Below, one piece after another: positions 37,735 through 48,167 of a stretch of 60,323 nucleotides of DNA; the stretch's first letter is position 1, and every line of letters begins with the position of its first letter. Made by a program: the position numbers and the translations under genes. The DNA comes from Dimorphilus gyrociliatus. Its lineage: Eukaryota > Animalia > Annelida. The notes under the pieces were generated by a model. It was given only the letters and a program-made list of their open reading frames with translations. It was not told the DNA's origin and made no database searches. The stretch spans positions 64,131 through 124,453 of the forward strand of contig CAJFCJ010000066.1 of assembly GCA_904063045.1 (NCBI GenBank), given 5' to 3'.

Positions 37735-38817
37735 CAGAGATGTCAATATCATTTTAGTTGATTATATAGATTATTATTTGAATGTGCATGAATTGCTATG
37801 TTGATGCAATCATCTTGCTTAAGATTAAGAGCAAGGCTTTCTACGAAGAAACACCTCACTTGTTGGAAAAATATCTTCAATGCAGACAATCATTAATTGA
37901 GTTCTAGTTCAAGACCATTCAATCACTTTCCGTTTCTACTGATAAGAATAGTGTCAATAAGATAAATCTACAATATGTATTCTTTGAAGAATAGTTAACT
38001 TTTCATACACTAGATGGCGATAACTATAATAAATATTGATTTCAGTAAATTTAAATTGACTATAGTTAATTTTCAAATAATTTGGAAATATGCTCAGGGT
38101 TTGCTTAAAACTTGTAACAGTTAATTTTCAGAGGAAAAATACTGAATGTAGGCTGATATACCACGAATTATAAGGTCATATCAGTCATTAGCAATATAAA
38201 TATTTTACTTTGCATTAGAAGAATGACAATACTTTATTCTTTTTACCTATTTAATTAAACTATTAACTAAAGAATAAAAATTTAATAACGAGTCATAAAA
38301 AGTCCAACTCGGCACATTTGCAATCTTTGCGAACCATTCCCCAAAATGACATTGAAATGCTTATCTTGCAATCATACATGTATTGGAAATCATTTAATGG
38401 ATTTTAAGATATTTAATTTATTTCTTTAATTAAAGTAGAAATGAGTGAAGGCTTGTGTGAATCTTGTAATATGATTACAAAGAAACCATGGATTGTAATA
38501 ATTTTATAGAGGACTCATTTGAAATGAATGAAGAAAAAAAAGCAGATCAAAATGAAAAATTCACACTTCTTAGAGAAAGCCGGAGAGGCAAGGATATTAA
38601 AAAATTAATAATTGTTTGTTGAAAAGTTGACTTGAATGTAAGTGTTGCCATCTATCGACAAATACTTGTTGAAAAACAAGAAGAAAGATAAAAGTTTAAT
38701 TTTGAAAAATTATTGAAAAATACAGTTATAAATAAAAATGCGATAGATTAATTATGAATTTATTATGATGTCATCATTTTTTTTAATCAAAAATTAAAGA
38801 TACCAAAGCTCAACATT

Positions 38818-39716
38818 TTAACTTTTTGACATTATAATAGTAAATGTGATATCTGGATAGGATTCCTCACAACATGCATAATGTTTTACATTACGTCTAC
38901 CAGTATTTTTAATAATTCTATATTTTCCATAGTAGTCTGCAAAGTCAATATTTTTCATATCATTGTAAAAGTTTACATCTATCTCATTTCCGTGATAAGT
39001 CCACGAAGCATATTTAAAATTGCAATGATATTCTCCTCTTTTCTTATCCAGTGGACATCTTACCTTTGAAAAATAGATGGAATGTAGATGATAAAAGACA
39101 TTCTAACCTCTTCTAACATACCGTTATTAGTTTTGGAGGAATGTACAAAATGTTTCCATTATGTTTAACAATTGCAGGAACATTGGCAAGATTAACATCT
39201 TTACGTGCCCTAGTAAAACATAAACAAGAATATATGAGAATTTTTATGATTATAGGTGAATGATCTATTACTGATTGTATAGAAAAATATCAGGACTCCA
39301 AATCTTATTGATTGGTAAATGTAGAGATGTGACTTTGTAATCTTCAACTGACCAACGTAATCTAAAGTCTTCCCAGGACTATGATTTTTATGAATATTAC
39401 TTATATTTTGACCGAATTTCTTATTTACAAATTAATACTTTACCATTCTTTGCCAAACATTAAAAGTTAAAAGTTCACCATCAACTTCAGTGACATCAGT
39501 TAAACTTAATCCTATAGAAACATTAACATTTTGAAAAGAGAAAATATCATAGTCTCCTAATAAATTATAAATTAATCTGGCATTATCTTCATATTTCCTA
39601 GAAAACAAATTTCCAATGCAGAAGAAGATAGAAGAAAAAAGAAGAGAAACTTACACTGTATAGCATACTTGTAGAAGAAGCATAGAGATAAAAATTGATA
39701 AGAGTAGCACTCTCAT
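38818..39716 (-). CDS. AChBP: Soluble acetylcholine-binding protein-like (nAChR ligand-binding domain only), 5 exons, 218 aa, intact
   Basis: Exons 39716-39655, 39597-39444, 39378-39272, 39209-39122 and 39063-38818, all GT-AG with compatible phases. Signal peptide MRVLLLSIFISMLLLQVCYTV; loop D VWQ; WEDFRLRW; loop A IWSPDIFLYN; Cys-loop CPLDKKRGEYHC; loop B ASWTY; loop C HYACCEESYPDITF. A stop follows with no TM. Confidence 0.92.
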
Positions 39717-40025
39717 TCTGAAAGTATTGTCTCTTCCAAACTATTAGTAAAAGACAAAAATTCAGTTTATATACTCAAATGTGAAACATGGACAAATTTG
39801 ATGATTGGATAATTAATTTATTTTTATAAATAATCATTAATTGGTGTTATTGTATAGAACTAACCTAAGTATGTAATCTTATTTTCTATACTAAATCATT
39901 GGCAAACTAGTGAAAGAACTATTTATAGAACTATTTATAGCTATTTGATTGACAATTATCAAAAAAACTCAAATTATGTAGACCTGTATAGTAGTAAGTT
40001 AATAACTTTAGTAATCATTACTAAT

Positions 40026-40660
40026 AACTCATTTATTGCATTAAGAATAATTATTCTCCTATGCCTATTTTATTGATAAATAAAATTTTGTCCACACATT
40101 TCATAAAATTTCTTAGCTAAATACAGATTTGGGCAACTGATCAGATGCTGAATTAAGAGAATTTCAAAATGTTAAACATGTTAAAAGTGCAAGATTTACT
40201 TCAATAAGTCAACAGATGCTTTAATACATCCCTTCAATCATGTTATCAGTTGTTAAGAGTGCATTTCTAGTCTTCTAAATAATAATTGAATTTCACAGGT
40301 TGGAGAGTTGCATAAGATGTAACAATTTTCTTACAGCAAGTCCAACAATCAAGAAAACATGTCGATTATATATTTGACCCATTTTGTATTCTACTTTAAT
40401 AAATCTAATTAACTATCCTGTTTAAAAAACTTAGCATCAGTGTATGCAGAGGAAGCATGTCTAAATAATCCATATTAATAGTATTGTGTATACAACACTA
40501 TTGAATAGTGATTTAAAATCTAAAATTCCAAATAAAACCATAATTAAAGTAATATCTTATTGTTGAGGAGTTCATCTGCTATATTTCTTCTCCTTTTATT
40601 TTTCAAGAGATGTTATTGTTTCTATCATGAAGAAAGCAATCATGCTCAGTGTCTTCTTTA
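40026..40660 (+). repeat. Dispersed copy of 47280-48162 segment (with 286-bp internal deletion), containing a degenerate RING sequence
   Basis: Near-identical to 47280-47532 joined to 47819-48162. The junction is at the shared TCTTC. Confidence 0.9.
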
Positions 40661-41398
40661 CACAATCAACCAATGTTTCGAAATTTGATGAAACATTACG
40701 TAATATCAATTTGAATGATATAGAAGAATTGGAAATTACATTTAAACATTATATAATTTAAAAATACTTTGTTTAGAAAAATGTATGCTCTATTCTTCCA
40801 ATAGGGGAAAGTTTTTTGTAGCTTTTTCTTCTTAAAAGAAATTAACTAGTTTTATGGTATCAGTAGTTTCTTGTATTGTGTCAGATACATCTATTGATAC
40901 TTTTAAAGACTCAATTGTAAGTCATGGATTAGAAATATTCAATAATGATGAAAATAATATAAAAATAAATTCCTTTGATATTCTTCTAGAGGGATATTGT
41001 TGAAAACACCATGAGGTGTTTAAAAACTTAAAGGCTGTGTTTTTCACTTCACATAGGCTGCTTTTTGAAAAATTCAAGCAAATAATTTTTTCTTTAAAAT
41101 GAACAAAGTATTACAAAAAACTACTTTCAACAGTCAATTGGTTTGATGAGTAATACATGCAAAAGAGAGATTTGTGATTGTTAAAATAATGGGTTTTCCT
41201 CTCATTCCTAATGAAATAATTGGCGATCACAACAAACAATGATTTTTGAAGCAGTTCATAAAAGATTCAATTCAAAAGTAGAAGCCAACTGCTCGTATCG
41301 TTAAAAAGTTTATTTAAACAATTTCTTTAATATGATATTTATTTCCTATGATATGTCTGATAAAGACAAAAATAATGATAAAAAATTCATTACTGTTT

Positions 41399-42523
41399 CT
41401 ATATCCATGTTTTACTTTGTCTCTGTAACAAAGTACTGTTAATGCATTTCATTATTGAAACATTGTTCCTAGCACTACTTCTTGAAACTCCATACATTCC
41501 ATATGTTGAACTTTCACTTATAAAAGCCTCATTACACTCTCCCAAGAGAAAGAATTCTATGTATATATTTAAAATTAATTGGCAAGATGCATTTGGATCC
41601 CTGTAGTGAATTGGTGTGCCTTTGACAAAATAAATTGGATATTTAGTAATGCTCTTGATATAATGTTTCAGGATATCACTGTCAAGTGTAATAAATACAA
41701 TTGATGATGTATCTTCTCCAGGGGATGTTATATTTTCAAGATTTAAGATATCTTGAATGCATTTTTGAATCCATTTATTTGGGTGATCATATTCAGTCCA
41801 GCCAGTTCTTATTTGAATACATTTGACCCTTTTGTATTTGTTCAAATTGTTTTTATGCATTTGAAGTTGAGTTAAAAGTAATCCCTTAGGTTTAAACAGT
41901 TTCTCAAAATATTCTAAAAAAAGGCTTAGATTTCGTTTTATTCTCTTGAATTTTTTTGTTGAAAATCTAAGTTTATTTAATGTTTTTTTCCTTAAAAAGA
42001 AACTATAGGTTCTTACAGCAAAAATTTTCTCCTTATTAGCCATTAGTTTTTGAATAATTGTTACATTAGAATAAAGAATTCTATATGTAGAAAATGTATA
42101 ATTTCTTAACTCATAATTCTCAACAACTTGAAAAGAGTCAAGATTAAAATATGTATTAATGGAGCAGTCTTGTTTTGGAATATTTGAATATATTAATGTA
42201 GTTCTATTTAAGACTTCTGATAGAATTTTACACGCTATTATTGCCCTTATAGTATTAGCAAATCCTTTTTCTGGTATACACAACACATACAATTTCATTT
42301 TATCCAAATTAGTAAATAAACTCTGCAATGAGAATAATTATTGAAAATTTCAAATTTTATTTTTAAATACCTTGTTATTCTGTAATTTTTCTTGAGTAAC
42401 TATATCATTATCATAAAAATATTTTTTCAGTAAATAGGGTTTTTTCTTTATATGCATTAATATTCCAAATACACTTAATATTAAGCAAATACCAAAGCCG
42501 TACCATACTCTTGTTATTAACAT
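41399..42523 (-). CDS. Type II membrane fucosyltransferase-like GT-B enzyme (NodZ/FUT8/GT37-like superfamily), 2 exons, 358 aa
   Basis: Exon 1 42523-42371 (MLITRVWYGFGICLILSVFGILMHI, a TM anchor), 48-nt intron, exon 2 42322-41399. Motifs KGFANTIRAI, CIQIRTG, VFITLDSD and EFFLLGECNEAFISESSTYG. Confidence 0.8.
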
Positions 42524-45021
42524 ACTTTATCAAACAACTCAATGATACTGTAAATTTTTACTTTCAAGAGTTCTAATCTACAATAGATAATTAGTATCGA
42601 ACCAGTATTGAGCTGTACTGATAGGAAATATCAATATATATATAAATATGTCATAGAGTTGGTAATTGTCTAGAATAATCACTGCTGAAGAGAAAATGTC
42701 TAAAATCAATCTGGACCATTTATGAGTTTCATTATGCGTTGTCCTAGATGTCTCAATTTAGTTGGAGAAAATAGCTTAAAGAGAGCTTTTCAATGATCTG
42801 CCACATGATTATGTAGCTCTTATGGTTCAGACATGGCTGAGCTCATAACTCTGAAAATTTTTGAACTTGGGATTGAAAATTGAAAATATATTTTTTTTAT
42901 ATAAGTTTGACTATATCTGCAATAGATGGCGTTAGTGCAAGGATAGCCACTTGGTGCGTTAATATTTTTTTGATTTTGTTGACAGTGCCAACATTATCCC
43001 AGTCTATAGTTGCTAACACTGCAGAATAGTGCATGGACTCCAAACAAAATCCCAAACCAAACCTAACCAAAATCAAATGATAATCTTAACTGAAAAAATT
43101 CAACTAGGTTTAAAGAAAAGAATGATATAAATATGGATATTTTATCTGATTTTCTTGCCAGGATGATGTTGCTTTCTCTTCTCATCCAAGTTGTTTATTT
43201 TTACATAGGAGCAATAATACAACAGCTCTTAAAGGTTATAAAAATTAATCAACAAAATTGATGTCTGCTAGTTTATAGATATTTTTTTTCTATATCTTTA
43301 ATTTCTAAACAATCTTTTACAATATTTTTTAGTATTTGATGATTTTTTTTTGTAACATTTATTAATAATCTTCAACTAAAAACTATTGGGAATATAAAGT
43401 TTGAACATTGCATTCAGATTTCTTAAAATTTCAATCAATAAAGAAAGAATTTTACTTCCTTAAATTTTTTGATTTCTCGGAAATACTGTTTGAACAGCCA
43501 AATACAAAATCAATATTTGATTGTTTAATAATGGCTAACTCTAAAGAATAATTATTGTCTAAGTAGGAGATAAAACATTATTAATTATAGGAATTTGGGG
43601 TTAGGTGCAAATGTGCCTGTAGTTGAGCCGAGGATTCAGGGGTAGAAAATTAACATGATACTTCTATTTATTAATAGTTGCTCTTGTTGCTCAAGTAATA
43701 AAATTGAACAATACAAGCTTTTTGTGTTAGCTTATATTATTTTTCTCACAGACCTGTCTGTCTCCCCATTTGTGTCTCCTTATCTAGTTTTTGAAAAGGC
43801 TCACTTATATAATATCACCATTTAACTTGCCCCTAATCTCACTATTAAACTTTGGTTATTATGATTCACAAAGACTGTCCCAAGGGGAGTAAAAGTTTTA
43901 GAACAGAGATATATAGATTGAAAACTGAAAAGGCTATTGGAAAAATTGAATATGGAATTTATTTTTGTACACTATCTATACTTTTTAAGCTGTAAATAGC
44001 AATAATAATTATTGTTAATGAAAATTAACCAAGCATTTTATAATTTGTTGTGAATTAACTACACAGTGTCAAAATTAATCTTTTTCATTGTATTTTGCAA
44101 AAAGGTTGTTGAAAATTGTTCTAGTATTGATCATTTCCTCAAAATTGTCGTCTAAGCTGCATAAATCAAATAGGAAATCATCATATTATAATTATATCTT
44201 TGGTTATTTAAAGAAATGGTGGTCATTGATAAAGTAATTTATTGTTAAGTTGTTGAAAAACACAAAGAAGGGCTATCATTGAACAAAATTGCAAAAACAT
44301 GTCCTCTCTCTCTCTCTCTGTCCATTATATTTTATAAATCCAGAAACTATGACACTACCACTACTGTGCATATAAGTTCAATAAAGATGCCTTTTAGAAA
44401 ACTGTAGACTTAACTCAATACTATTTAAACTTTTCCAACTGTCTATTTTGAGTTATGTAGTCTACCAAGCCAATGCAGATCATTTATTCTTTAAATTGTT
44501 TGAATTTGTATTTTATATTCTGCACCATGACTGGTCTACAATTAATTTTTTTTTTGCTGCTATGTCTCAAATGGTCATTTTAGGCAGGCTCAATTGCAGT
44601 AGGATCATTTTTCCTTGGTGTTTGATAGGTCATCTATCTTACAGAAAAAAACTATTCCTAATCATAAATTTCATTTGTAATTGAAAATATTAGAATTTAT
44701 ACACATTTTTGACCTTAGAACCTATATCCATGATATTCTTAATTAACCATTTTAGTACATAATTTTTCAATATATACAATTCTTGAACAAAGCAAAGGGT
44801 CGATATTTCAAAAGTATCATAAAATAATGACTTATAGATAATTTTATGCGAGTTGTAATCAAGATTTCATGAGAACTTGTCAGCTGTTTTGTTTGACAGT
44901 AAAAAATCAACATCAATATCAACATCAATATACATGATAGAGAAAGAATAAGTGCATGAATTATTTCTATGCCATTTTATTTAAGAACATTTGCAGTAAA
45001 AGATACATCAATTAAAAGTAG

Positions 45022-45475
45022 TTACTCTGAATAACAATAGTCCAGTGATGGATGATTTCCATAATGGAGGTTCATGTTATCCAAATCCGTATTAATAATC
45101 ACATAGCCTCTGATGAAAGCTCTGCAGGATGGACACTCAGGTTTTTGAAGACTCAATAGACATTGTGTACAAGCCAGCAGATGGCCACAAGGTAAAATCA
45201 GAGAATTAGCTAAAATATTACAACACAATTTACACTCCAAAATAGTCAAAACTTCATAAAAAGTTTGTTTGTTTGACAAAACAACTGATTCATTTGTATT
45301 TCTGAAATTAAATTATTTCAAAATTTGAAAAAGTGAAAAAAAAATAAAATTAATTATTAATTAATTTATTAATTTTAGTTAAATACTTGTCTACTTCTTT
45401 AACTTTTGCTGCTTTCTCTTTGAAGGTCAATAGTTCATTCATTGAGGCATTTCGGTGGGCTATCAACTCTGCCAT
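45022..45475 (-). CDS. Small IAP-type RING-finger protein, 2 exons, 122 aa (paralog of 3949-4290)
   Basis: Exon 1 45475-45387 (MAELIAHRN...EVD), intron 45386-45302, exon 2 45301-45022. CKLC..LILPCGHLLACTQC..ECPSCRAFIRGY. Confidence 0.85.
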
Positions 45476-46280
45476 GTTTGTAATTTGTTGTATTGCAATT
45501 TCACCTCAAAGCAACTAGTTACAAAACTAAGCTAACAACTGTTCTATTATTAATGGTATTTATACTTTCCTCTAAATTAAACAATTTAGAATTTTATAGT
45601 TTCAGTTTCAGTTTCAGTTTCATTTTTCACCAAAAATGGATTTAATTTGGAAGATTTTCATCTTTTGGATAGTAATAATTGAGCACAAATATAAAAATTG
45701 ACTATCTTCAAAGAAAATCCTCAAAAAATTTTCTCTAAATGATAGAACATTTTAATTGGTTATTGAGATAAAAAAAGTTCAGTTTGCTGTCAAATCTATA
45801 TAACTTGTATAATTCAGCGCCATCTGTCTTCTGTCTAAAGACCTGCTAGAATTCATAGAATGTATATAAGGAGAACCATAGACCCAAACATCCCAAAGAA
45901 TTATTTTATATCAGACATAAAGAATCTCATGGCAGTATTCCAGTTTTTCCACCTGCAAATATGTTAGGTATAAACTAATGATTAATTTTTCTAAGATAAC
46001 CTCAGAGTTGTTGTTAAAATGATTTTGAATGATCACAAATCATTCCTATTACTTTTACCCTAAATCAACCCTAATCTCTCCTTAACCTTTTTCATCACCC
46101 ATAACCCTTAGACTAGACTCTCCTAAGTGCATTTTTTTTGCTATCTTGTTCTTTGTTACCAGTTTTCAATTGAAGTTTTCTGCAAAAAAATTGGTGACAT
46201 TACTTAAAAATCACCTATTTTTGAAAGTGTTAGAGTTTGAAGGAAATACTTTAATAGAATCTAAAGACTATGAATTTTGT

Positions 46281-47274
46281 ACTTTGTATTGTAATTGTAG
46301 GAATTTCTGGTTCGTCACAACTGTAATCGTCCTTTCCAATCATTTACCAACTTGCCAAAGTGCTGGTCCAAATAGAACCTTTAAAGTTCGTCCACAAATA
46401 GTCTAACAAAGGCAATTTTGGTAGAAATTGATTAACAAAACACCAGTATTTCGTGCAAAGAATATGTATTGAGTAAAATGAGCTTCTAGTTCTAAACATT
46501 TGAAGACAAAGAAAAGTTCTAAATATGGTCATGTTTTTATTGTTTTCCTCTTCTAAATACTAGTTGAACCTTTAAAGTTCGTCCACAAATAGTCTAACAA
46601 AGGCAATTTTGGTAGAAATTGATTAACAAAACACCAGTATTTCGTGCAAAGAATATGTATTGAGTAAAATGAGCTTCTAGTTCTAAACATTTGAAGACAA
46701 AGAAAAGTTCTAAATATGGTCATGTTTTTATTGTTTTCCTCTTCTAAATACTAGTTGAATTTCTCAGGTTGGAGAGTTGCATAAGATGTAACAATTTTAG
46801 TAGGACAAGTCCAACAATCAAGAAAACATGTAGATTGTATATTTGACCGTTTTTATATTCTACCTTAATAATGATATTGAATTGATTGAGTTAGTAAATT
46901 TAGCATCAGCATATAAGGAGGAAGGATATCTGAATAATGCATGTTAAGAAGAACAGTATTGTGTATACAATACTGTTGAATAGTGAATATAATCTAAACT
47001 TAGAATTGAAGCATAATTGATAATTAATTGAACTAGTTTTAGTTCGAAATCATAAATTTATGGATTAATAAATTGTAATATTAATGCTATGTTGCAAATA
47101 GCAAATATTCTTTATATAATTCAATAGGTTTTATTACTGCATAATGTGTATGCACTGCCCTATGCGAAACTAGGTCACTACTGCTTATCTTTATCAATGC
47201 TATCTGCATAGTACAATACTGGTTCAATACTACTTCTCTATTGTAGAATATAGCTGACGAATGTATGTGTACAA
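46281..47274 (+). repeat. ~1-kb direct repeat of 52801-53737 (also present inverted at ~54140-55080)
   Basis: Long near-identical stretches (gaacctttaaagttcgtccacaaatag..., ggttggagagttgcataagatg..., gctgacgaatgtatgtgtacaa). Confidence 0.92.
46375..46756 (+). repeat. Perfect 191-bp tandem duplication (2 copies)
   Basis: gaacctttaaag starts at 46375 and 46566. ctaaatactagttgaa occurs at 46553 and 46744. Confidence 0.95.
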
Positions 47275-47444
47275 CTAAAAACTCATTTATTGCATTAAGA
47301 ATAATTATTCTCCTATTCCTATTTTTTATTGATGAATAAAATTTTGTCCACACATTTCATAAAATTTCTTAGCTAAAATACAGATTTTGACAACTGATTA
47401 GATGCTGAATTAAGAGAATTTCAAAATGTTAAACATGATAAAAG

Positions 47445-47568
47445 TGCAAGATTTACTTCAATAAGTCAACAGATGCTTTAATACATCCCTGCAATCATGT
47501 TATCAATTGTAAAGAGTGCATTTCTAGTCTTCCAAACCAGAAATATCCATCATTTAGGGTATTTATTC
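47445..47568 (+). pseudogene. Degenerate IAP-type RING sequence
   Basis: CKIYFNKSTDALIHPCNHVINCKECISSLPNQKYPSFRVFI aligns with the two small RING genes, but several Zn ligands are lost. A partial copy lies at 40188-40274. Confidence 0.75.
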
Positions 47569-48167
47569 CAGAATATGTGCTTATCAAAACAGATGTACAT
47601 GAATTGAATTCTATTAGATAAAAAAAATGTTTATCATATTTAGATTTATAAATTGTGAACTATCAACCTTTAAAAGGGTATATAAACCCAACAAAATTAA
47701 GGTTTATATATTCTTTAAAGGGTTAATAGTTCACAAATTTCAATGTTCACATAAATAAAAGTAACATTGGAAGACAAAGAAAAGTTGTAAATATAGTCTG
47801 TTTATTGTTTTCCTCTTCTAAATAATAATTGAATTTCACAGGTTGGACAGTTCCATAAGATGTAACAATTTTCTTACAGCAAGTCCAACAATCAAGAAAA
47901 CAAGTGGATTATATATTTGACCATTTTTGTATTCTACTTTGTGTAAAAAACTAGGAAGCATGTCTAAATAATCCATATTAATAGTATTGTGTATACAACA
48001 CTATTGAATAGTGATTTAAAATCTAAAATTCCAAATAAAACCATAATTAAAGTAATATCTTATTGTTGAGGAGTTCATCTGCTATATTTCTTCTCCTTTT
48101 ATTTTTCAAGAGATGTTATTGTTTCTATCATGAAGAAAGCAATCATGCTCAGTGTCTTCTTAACAGC

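Noticed and set aside
38290-38500. Cys-rich text (CNLCEPFPKMTLKCLSCNH; LCESCN) as a second TRIM gene
   Set aside because: It is too short and broken to support a model; it may be a B-box remnant.
42910-42935. AGATGGCG motif here and inverted at ~45817
   Set aside because: This is a common YY1-like or TE-associated octamer, and there is no further support for pairing or regulatory function.
44210-44330. VVEKHKEGLSLNKIAKT as a further Tc1 HTH remnant
   Set aside because: It is suggestive but only ~20 codons, with no ends or catalytic region found.
46375-46756. CRISPR-like interpretation of the tandem repeats (191-bp, 42-bp, MULE TIR units)
   Set aside because: The context is eukaryotic, there are no unique spacers between constant 25-45-bp repeats, and there are no cas genes.
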